Source of the DNA: a virus | Taxonomy: Duplodnaviria > Caudoviricetes | Strand: one strand, 5' to 3' | IMG/VR virus record: IMGVR_UViG_3300037722_000745 | Coordinates: 1 to 64,000 of that record | DNA: 64,000 nucleotides | Shown: positions 56,743-64,000 of the stretch, piece after piece | Numbering within the stretch: position 1 is the stretch's first letter | Layout of the letters: each line of letters begins with the position of its first letter | Translations under genes and position numbers: made by a program | Notes under the pieces: model-generated | The model's input: the letters and a program-made list of their open reading frames with translations, nothing else | Databases searched by the model: none | What the model was told of the DNA's origin: nothing

Positions 56743-59700
56743 CTACGCCTTACGGGTCAACGGGATTGCCGACGAGTCAATGAGCATCCGAGTGTTGTTG
56801 CGCACAAGCGGATGCCCCTCAATTCGATAGAGGTCCGCAGCCGCATACCCCTCTCCGGTGCCATTCGTACCAATACGGATGGGCGTCGGGGCTGAGGACC
56901 CAATGGGCGCATCGTAAACGCTGGTCAGAATCAGCATCATCAGCTCACTGCCAGCCGATGCCTCATTTGAACCCACGTTGGTAACGGAGTTCCGAACCAA
57001 CATGGCCCGTCCTTGAAGCGTACGAACATGATCCGTAGTGGCCGTGGCTACCGAGTTGTTCAGAGATACTGAGCCTCCGGGCCTCGGCCCGGAAGCCACA
57101 AACACGGAGCCACCACGATGCGTGCGGAAGTTCGTGTCCAGAGCGAAGTTGTTGGCCTCCCCATCTACATGGACCAAAACATCTCCAGGAGACCCAACTC
57201 CAGAGGTCGCGGTGCTCAGACGCACCTCGTGATGCTCGAGAGCCGGCGATGCAAGACCTGTGGATTGCCCTGATCCCACGGTATTTCGGTAGACGAGAGG
57301 AGCCATCACGTCCGTGTACCCGAAGTGCTGACCTCGGAAATCCTTGTCACGAAACAACGCTCCTAGAGGCAGCCGCTCCGTGCACCCGAGATACTCGGTA
57401 CCGATGTCCGGCCCGTCTCCAGCGAAGTTCGTAGGGAGAGCCTTGGGTCGTGGGTCCACACCAGAAGACGGCGGGTAGACGGACGGATCCTCGTAGGCCA
57501 CATTGGTGAACACCAAATCAGCGTCCGAAGCGTCTCCTGAATAGCGGCCCGTACCCAACGAGGTCGCGAAACTCAAGGAAGCTAGCACCTCCAACGCCTT
57601 CTCATTAGGCCGAGTCAGGTTGTCCGCATCCAATTCAGTCGACACCACATCAAAGGCATCGTCTGACATGAGCGGTCCAGGGACGTACGGGAGATCGATG
57701 TAGCTGTTCTGAGATCCCCAAGCATCCCCTTGGTACGGGGTGCGACTGTAGTTCACCAGGATCTGATCGGAGGCCGTAGCGGGTCCTGGGAGAAGCGCCG
57801 AAGGACCCGTAACACGCTTGTTGATGTTGTCTTCTCGGCTACCCGCAGCTCCCGGGTCTCCTCCGCTGCCCACATCGTCCCACGCGTTAACATTGCCAGG
57901 GCGGGTCAGTATGAGACGAGCCTCTGAATTCAGATCGAATGTGCCACGGTCAAACCCAAACACGGCCGCCTCTACCACATAGGTGCCCGAGGCGAAGTCC
58001 GCGATGGGGTTCGGCGACCGGGTGATATCGATCGCGTTGGCGTTCAAGATGAAAGTCGAGTCCCCATCCGAGTCAATTTCAATCCACATGGGCGGCCCAT
58101 CGCCCGACCTCATAGCCTGTCGCAGGAGATTCGTTGCGGTGCCGCCTCCGCCTGGCCCGCGCTCATCGGTGAAAGGGGTGCTCGAACTGATGTAGTCCTG
58201 GGCCTCGTAGACACCGAACAGGCGAGCAGCGCCATAGAAGGGCGGCAATTCCAGCCCCTCTCGACCTAGCCCTCGGGAGTCAGTGAAAAAACGCATCCCA
58301 GCAGTCTGATTCCCACTGATAACTCCCGCTGTGTTGAAACTGAGGGGGTTCGACGCAAAATCAATCTGGCTGAATACAGAGTATCGAAAAGAGGTGTTGC
58401 TATACGCAATGTAGTTGAATTGGTTCTCAACCACAGCGCCTGGAGTGCTCCGGATCATGTAGTTGATGCCGCTAGCAAAGTCGCCATCCTCCGCAATCAT
58501 TGGCACGTTCAACTCGCCCCAGCCCGGGACAAGGTGCCGGGGTAGGCTGACATAGATGTTGTTGAACGCGGGGTCCCCCGCTGATTGACTACAAAACAAC
58601 CCAAGGGGGTCTGTCTGTGTCCACTTCGGCGTGACGCCATCGACTGCGTTGAGGGGCATGACTCCTTGGGCGCTGTGAGTCGTGTAGCTGATGCCCACAG
58701 TAGCCTGGGCTCGAACAGGACGGTCGAGGGTGTAGCTAGTGGCTCCAACACTGAGGATCGTATAACGACCGGCGCCGGGTCCAGACGGAATCACCAAGGC
58801 ATCCCCGCCAACCGTAGTCCCTACACCACTCGCGTCCTCAAACACCGGCGTGTTAGCGCTGCTTGTGAAGCCTGTCGCACTGGTCAGTTTGGGAGTTGGA
58901 ACAGGGTTCGCTGCGTCCCCATCCACTGTCAGAAGATTGGGGAATTCGATTCGACGGAAAGGCGTAGCAATCACGGTCTTGCTGCCAAGATCCGCGTACA
59001 TCTCCGTGATCGACGGTAGCAAGCCGTTGAACTCTGCCGTCCGGTACTTCGCCCACAGAGGAGCCCACGCGACACGTGCTACGTGGTTGGTGTCAGGGAT
59101 GCCTCGCTCCTGCACCATCAGCAGCGACGACGGGTTGAGATAGGTGATGTTGTGCAGCGAGTCGGGGCGACGTGCGAGACCGCGTCCCGGACCATAGACT
59201 GCATGCACCCGGATGTGGAGCTGACGCGGAGACGCCGTCGTCGTAAGCTGGCTCGGGAAGCTTCCCGATAGCGTGATGATCAGGTTGTCCGCAGGCCCTG
59301 GGACCGCTGGCGTCACTGTGTACATGGTCGACGGTAGGTCGCCCGTCTCGCCAGCAAGACGCAGTTGAACAGCGCCCGTAACGCTGTCATTCAGCCACCG
59401 GATCTGATCCGTAGCACCCGCTTGAAGCCCCGTTTTGAGTTGGTTGACGGGGATCTCAATGATGTCGCCGGCTGTGAATTGGTTGCCGACCGTCTGGTTC
59501 GTCGTGTTAACGGTCAGAGATAACGACCACGGCTCGTTGATCGCCACACCAGGGCCCGGCGGCACAACACCCGAGTTGGGTCGAACCACGCACTCGATTG
59601 GTTGGATCGTCGCCGCATCAGAGAAGACCGTACGGATGTTGTCTGGAGCGTCGAGTTGCGTCACGCCCAATGACACCGCGGCCGACTGAATCGCATCCTG

Positions 59701-61062
59701 GTAATGGACGAAGGTCCCTTGGGGCCCACCGCCGGAGCGCTTCCAGTTGGCTCGCAGCTCACCCCTCAGCAGCTTGTCGACGTTGTTCTGAAGCAGCGCC
59801 GTGTAGTCCATCCCGTTAGGATTGACCGAGTGCCGTAAGTCGAGAATATCAGTGAGAGCGATCTGGTCTGAAAACAGCTCGTCGGGGCGCCCAGAAATGA
59901 CACGGATCTCAGACCCCGCCAAGTGAGCTTCCCCGATCGTTCCGTTGGTGCCTCGAGTCAGACCATTCAGCGTCGTACCGGTGATCGATGTGTAGGTCAG
60001 GATCTCGTCGCCGATTTGAATCGTCACCGCCGTCGCCGGGGAGGCGGGGAGCGGAATATTCGTGACTGAAGCAAGCGTCGCCGAAGTGGCCGTTGCGTTG
60101 AGATCCGCCGCAAGGGTTGGAACGGTAGAGAACGTCTTAACGCCTGTGCGATCGACTGCCGTCGGGTTGCGGTCGAACCCCCCATTCAAGTTCTGCGATG
60201 GGTTTCCATTCCAACCAATCGAGTTCCTACGGAACACCACCGCGATCGGAACGGCATAGCTATAGCCATCCACGGTCCCTAGCGAGGAACTAGTCCCATC
60301 ACCCGCACGCCACAACCCAGGGTCCCCCAGCTCCTCCCGCATGTTTTCAAACGTGAACGCAGTCACAGCCGAAGCCGCACCCTGCGCTTTGACAACCACA
60401 GGATCGAAGCCATCCGGGTATGTCGTCAGACCTACCAAGCCCTTGACCACACGGATGCGGTACTGGATTTGAACTCGCTGCTCTGTCTCAAACCCAAGAG
60501 CAGGATCGAGCAAATCATCTGGGAGAAAAGAGCTGCCAGACTCGACATTACCGTAGCGGTAGATGCCACTAGCAGACGGCTTGTTTGTAGTTGACGGGTT
60601 AGGCTGAATCCTGGCCTTCCACACCTCCAAAAAGACGAAGTCAATCCGGAAGTCCCCTGAATTGGAGGGAGGGGGATCAAGCGCAATGACGTTCGTCGTG
60701 TCGGTGTCATTAGGACTCCCGGGAGGAGTGCCCGTCCGTGTGCCTGTCACCGGGATCAACCACCCGTTGACGTTCGCCCACATGATAGATCGCTGCTCAC
60801 CGGCTCGCTGCGGACCGAACTTGAACCAGTTCGACCATGTGGAGTGGGTTTGGTAACTTGCCTGGGGGTTGGTCTCGTTACCCAAAAACCCAGAAGGTGT
60901 GCCGCGCAAAACCGCAGACTGCAAAGCTTCGTGAGCCAACTGCTGTTGCAGTATCAGAGCTGCGTCGGTTGGAGGCTTGCCCTGCTGCCAAATAGTGGTG
61001 ATGTACTGCGTGTCTGCCGATTGCAGGACACGGGACACTCCGGGACCTAGATTGTCGCTCAT
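56743..61062 (-). CDS. large virion structural protein (tail/baseplate-like), 1439 aa
   Basis: Gly/Thr/Ser-rich beta protein with IQIGDEILTYT..LTRGTNGT..AHLAG module common in tail proteins. Confidence 0.7.
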   Translation of the reverse strand: MSDNLGPGVSRVLQSADTQYITTIWQQGKPPTDAALILQQQLAHEALQSAVLRGTPSGFLGNETNPQASYQTHSTWSNWFKFGPQRAGEQRSIMWANVNGWLIPVTGTRTGTPPGSPNDTDTTNVIALDPPPSNSGDFRIDFVFLEVWKARIQPNPSTTNKPSASGIYRYGNVESGSSFLPDDLLDPALGFETEQRVQIQYRIRVVKGLVGLTTYPDGFDPVVVKAQGAASAVTAFTFENMREELGDPGLWRAGDGTSSSLGTVDGYSYAVPIAVVFRRNSIGWNGNPSQNLNGGFDRNPTAVDRTGVKTFSTVPTLAADLNATATSATLASVTNIPLPASPATAVTIQIGDEILTYTSITGTTLNGLTRGTNGTIGEAHLAGSEIRVISGRPDELFSDQIALTDILDLRHSVNPNGMDYTALLQNNVDKLLRGELRANWKRSGGGPQGTFVHYQDAIQSAAVSLGVTQLDAPDNIRTVFSDAATIQPIECVVRPNSGVVPPGPGVAINEPWSLSLTVNTTNQTVGNQFTAGDIIEIPVNQLKTGLQAGATDQIRWLNDSVTGAVQLRLAGETGDLPSTMYTVTPAVPGPADNLIITLSGSFPSQLTTTASPRQLHIRVHAVYGPGRGLARRPDSLHNITYLNPSSLLMVQERGIPDTNHVARVAWAPLWAKYRTAEFNGLLPSITEMYADLGSKTVIATPFRRIEFPNLLTVDGDAANPVPTPKLTSATGFTSSANTPVFEDASGVGTTVGGDALVIPSGPGAGRYTILSVGATSYTLDRPVRAQATVGISYTTHSAQGVMPLNAVDGVTPKWTQTDPLGLFCSQSAGDPAFNNIYVSLPRHLVPGWGELNVPMIAEDGDFASGINYMIRSTPGAVVENQFNYIAYSNTSFRYSVFSQIDFASNPLSFNTAGVISGNQTAGMRFFTDSRGLGREGLELPPFYGAARLFGVYEAQDYISSSTPFTDERGPGGGGTATNLLRQAMRSGDGPPMWIEIDSDGDSTFILNANAIDITRSPNPIADFASGTYVVEAAVFGFDRGTFDLNSEARLILTRPGNVNAWDDVGSGGDPGAAGSREDNINKRVTGPSALLPGPATASDQILVNYSRTPYQGDAWGSQNSYIDLPYVPGPLMSDDAFDVVSTELDADNLTRPNEKALEVLASLSFATSLGTGRYSGDASDADLVFTNVAYEDPSVYPPSSGVDPRPKALPTNFAGDGPDIGTEYLGCTERLPLGALFRDKDFRGQHFGYTDVMAPLVYRNTVGSGQSTGLASPALEHHEVRLSTATSGVGSPGDVLVHVDGEANNFALDTNFRTHRGGSVFVASGPRPGGSVSLNNSVATATTDHVRTLQGRAMLVRNSVTNVGSNEASAGSELMMLILTSVYDAPIGSSAPTPIRIGTNGTGEGYAAADLYRIEGHPLVRNNTRMLIDSSAIPLTRKA

Positions 61063-61333
61063 CCCTGTTACCTTCTGATCCGATTTGCAAGCCCACTAGA
61101 CAGGCTGTCAAATGGGCCGGCTTATAGGGAGTTTCTCGGTTTTCGAGAGGCCCGGTGGTGTGTTACCCTCGGGAGTCTCTCGCATTCTGCGGGTTCTCTG
61201 AGAATTCAATAGGTTAGAAAGATCCGGATCCCGATCGGCCTCTGGATCCAAGGGGTCCCAACCCATGATCCCACAGGGGGGTCTCGCAAACCGCCTTGTG
61301 AACCTCCGAATTCACACGGTTTCTCAGAATCCC
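61063..61333 (+). promoter_or_regulatory. CRISPR leader, divergent from the structural gene
   Basis: About 270-nt non-coding region ending GGGGGGTCTCGCAAAC...CAGAATCCC before the first repeat; the variant repeat lies at the far end. Confidence 0.6.
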
Positions 61334-61884
61334 CTTGAGGGAGGTGAAAGCCTCCCTCGTAATTGAAACAAGACGGCGAAGGGCAACGCAACCTCGGAAC
61401 CTACGGGCTTGAGGGAGGTGAAAGCCTCCCTCGTAATTGAAACTGCTCGCTGAGTGATCGATCGAGATTGGTGGTGAAGCTTGAGGGAGGTGAAAGCCTC
61501 CCTCGTAATTGAAACCTGGAGCTGGGTAGCCGCTGCCTCCGCTGCCATGGCCCTGCTTGAGGGAGGTGAAAGCCTCCCTCGTAATTGAAACCAGGAAGCC
61601 CAGGCCGTCTACGCGTCGCAGAGCGACCCTTGAGGGAGGTGAAAGCCTCCCTCGTAATTGAAACCAGACAACTGAGTTCCTACGGAACACCACCGCGATC
61701 GGGCTTGAGGGAGGTGAAAGCCTCCCTCGTAATTGAAACGACGGGCGACGTCGTCGCTGGCCTGCCGGGATTCGGCTTGAGGGAGGTGAAAGCCTCCCTC
61801 GTAATTGAAACCAGGCGGCTGCGCTCCTTGACGGCGGCGACGAATCCGCTTGAGGTAGGCGGATGCCTACCTCGTAATTGAAAA
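61334..61884 (+). CRISPR. CRISPR array 2 (8 repeats, 7 spacers)
   Basis: Same repeat at 61334, 61408, 61480, 61556, 61629, 61704, 61776 and variant at 61849; spacers of 38, 36, 40, 37, 39, 36, 37 nt. Confidence 0.98.
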
Positions 61885-61938
61885 CTTTAAGATTTACCGA
61901 CCTTGAACTGTAATACTCTAGAGGGGGCCTAAAAAACC

Positions 61939-64000
61939 ATGACCAGATCCATTTTCGTTTTCTCTCTGATTCTAACCGCCTGTAGTACCGGGGGCCCTAT
62001 CGAACTACCCTCCTCCAAGGAAGGGTTCTCAGATGGAGGGGCTAGTTTCGTTGGCTCTGAACTTAGCGATGACGGGGGTAATAACCCAACGATCTCCGAC
62101 TCCAGCGTCACAGCCGACGGATCGTCTACAGCAGCCGACGGATCGTCTACAGACGCACACAAGCCAGAAGAAGCGGACGGGGGGGCCCCACCAGTCGATG
62201 CTGGGTCTCCCGCCGATGCGGACGCGGAGACAGACACCGAAGACGGAGGGGACTCCGATCTTCGTACTCCTGATGGGGGCGAAACAGAAACGGACGCGAC
62301 TCCCGACGACGATTGCCCAGGCTCTGGCCCGGGAGTAAAGTGTGAAGGTCGGGACAGATTCGCGTGCGTCTCCGGACAGTGGGTCATACAAGAGACTTGT
62401 GACCACACGTGTCAAGCAGGGGCTTGTGTAGGGGAGTGTGACCCGGGAAGCACGGACTGTTTGAACGAGCACCCGCGGACTTGTAACTCCAACGGGCTAT
62501 GGGACGTGGGTTTGGCTTGCTCGTTTGTATGCTCGGAAGGTTCCTGCGTAGGCGAGTGTGACCCCGGGGCCACCGACTGCCAAGGCGATGTGCCTCGAAC
62601 CTGCAACTCGCAAGGGCAGTGGGTAGAGAGTTCGGCCTGCGCGTTTGTATGCTCCGACGGAGCCTGCGTGGGGGTGTGTGAACCAGGCGATCGAAATTGC
62701 TCGGGAGACACTCCTCGTCAGTGCGATGCTTCGGGCCAGTGGGTCAACGAAGCCGCTTGTCCCTTCGTTTGCAGTGAAGGTGTGTGCTCCGGTGCATGCG
62801 ACCCAGGAGCAACAAGCTGCGCAGGGGACACCCCCCGTACGTGCAATGATTCCGGTGTGTGGGTCAACGGAACGACGTGTCCTTTCACATGCTCGGGAGG
62901 TTCGTGTACCGGGGTGTGTGAGCCTGGCGACCGTGATTGCTCGGGCCTGACACCCCGAAGCTGCAATGCCGCGGGGCAGTGGGTCAACGAGACCGCTTGT
63001 CCCTTCGTTTGTTCGGGAGAGGGCGTCTGTATCGGAAGCTGCACTCCGAACGACACTGATTGCCAGGGAGATGTCCCCCGGACTTGCAATTCGCAGGGTC
63101 AATGGGTGAGCGGTTCTGCCTGCCAGTTCGTGTGCTCTGACGGTGCCTGTACCGGCGTGTGCGAACCTGGCGATGTCCAGTGCTCGGGGAGCCAGATTCA
63201 AACCTGCAACTCGCAGGGCCAATGGGGCACTGCGGCCAACTGCCCAAGCGTGGCCGGTGCCAATGCTTACTGCCTGAACGACGCCTGCACCTTCGACTGC
63301 CAGCTCGACTACGACGATTGCGACGGCAACCCTGCCAACGGCTGCGAAGCCCACCTGGAGACCGACAGCAACAACTGCGGGAGCTGCGGACACTCTTGCT
63401 GCGGGGGTGCTTGTGGCAGCGGGACATGCGAGGTCTACGATTCCGGACTCCGCACCGTTTCCACCTGGGAGGTAGACTCCAACAGCATTTATACGACCGC
63501 CGTTAACGGTCAGACGGTGACCATCCAGCAGACACCACGTGAAGGGGGCGCCACATCGGCGATGGCCTCAATCACTGGCGACACAACATCCCCCCGGGTC
63601 ACCGATTTGGCCTCAAACGGAACCAACCTGTTTTGGAGCCTTCGAGAAGGGGGGGTGTTGTCGGTGCCGCTCGACGGTTCTGGACAGTACGAGTCCTGGT
63701 ACATAAACACCATCGACACATTCACCGTCAGTTCCAATCACGGGGCGTACACGTGGTACAACCTCTCAGCCACCGGAGAGCTATTGTTGGATGCTACTCG
63801 GGTTTACTGGTTCGGGACCAGCTCCGGTTTCGTCAACTGGAAGTGGCTGGTGACCCCCACACAGACCGGCGGGTCATTCGTGCTACCTGACGCTCCGACC
63901 CATCTAGTCTCAGATGGGGATTATATCTACGCGACGCCCCATACGGCACTGAATCCAATCAGCCGTCACAACCTTGCGTTCGACAACAACGAGAGCTTCG
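61939..64000 (+). CDS. myxobacterial-type Cys-rich repeat lipoprotein (runs off the window)
   Basis: MTRSIFVFSLILTAC lipobox; acidic DAG-rich linker; 40-aa six-Cys repeats; DCDGNPANGCE..NNCGSCG motif; open to 64000, so missing from the ORF track. Confidence 0.85.
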   Translation, partial: MTRSIFVFSLILTACSTGGPIELPSSKEGFSDGGASFVGSELSDDGGNNPTISDSSVTADGSSTAADGSSTDAHKPEEADGGAPPVDAGSPADADAETDTEDGGDSDLRTPDGGETETDATPDDDCPGSGPGVKCEGRDRFACVSGQWVIQETCDHTCQAGACVGECDPGSTDCLNEHPRTCNSNGLWDVGLACSFVCSEGSCVGECDPGATDCQGDVPRTCNSQGQWVESSACAFVCSDGACVGVCEPGDRNCSGDTPRQCDASGQWVNEAACPFVCSEGVCSGACDPGATSCAGDTPRTCNDSGVWVNGTTCPFTCSGGSCTGVCEPGDRDCSGLTPRSCNAAGQWVNETACPFVCSGEGVCIGSCTPNDTDCQGDVPRTCNSQGQWVSGSACQFVCSDGACTGVCEPGDVQCSGSQIQTCNSQGQWGTAANCPSVAGANAYCLNDACTFDCQLDYDDCDGNPANGCEAHLETDSNNCGSCGHSCCGGACGSGTCEVYDSGLRTVSTWEVDSNSIYTTAVNGQTVTIQQTPREGGATSAMASITGDTTSPRVTDLASNGTNLFWSLREGGVLSVPLDGSGQYESWYINTIDTFTVSSNHGAYTWYNLSATGELLLDATRVYWFGTSSGFVNWKWLVTPTQTGGSFVLPDAPTHLVSDGDYIYATPHTALNPISRHNLAFDNNESF
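62437..63243 (+). repeat. tandem ~120-nt coding repeats
   Basis: Six full and one partial copy of C[DE]PGxxxCxGxxPRxCxxxGQWVxxxxCxFxCSxGxCxG. Confidence 0.85.

Noticed and set aside
62497-63393. Long minus-strand ORFs at the right end, and other antisense ORFs such as 6759-7466 and 26991-27812
   Set aside because: Shadows of GC-rich genes on the opposite strand; no motifs.

Overview
The window is a segment of a large, probably jumbo, tailed dsDNA phage genome. The host is probably a myxobacterium (Polyangia-like), inferred from a Cys-rich repeat lipoprotein and a captured PIN/antitoxin pair. It encodes replication genes (family A DNA polymerase, primase Zn finger, DnaB, intein-containing SNF2 helicase, topoisomerase IB), nucleotide/NAD metabolism (dNMP kinase, ThyX, 5'-nucleotidase, PyrE-HD fusion, NAD kinase, NDT-NUDIX, macro, SLOG), an RNA repair/decay cluster (RNB-dsRBD, HD, pol-beta NTase, RNA ligase, RNase HII), chaperones/AAA+ proteins (ClpX, J-domain, BCS1-like, Ycf46 trio), two AdoMetDC paralogues and late/structural genes. 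Main observations: (1) two cas-less CRISPR arrays with the same 36-nt repeat, one spacer matching this phage's own virion gene at 34/39 next to a TTC with mismatches at the seed end, a solitary repeat filling the gap before rnhB, and a terminal repeat with compensatory stem changes; (2) a shared VVxR[YF] peptide motif at the N-terminus of about 7 proteins with enzymatic cargo (topo IB, ADP-ribosyltransferase, three zincins), a candidate capsid-loading or processing signal; (3) a GGTGTA element 9-12 nt upstream of at least 14 start codons. All family calls come from motif recognition by eye; no searches were run.
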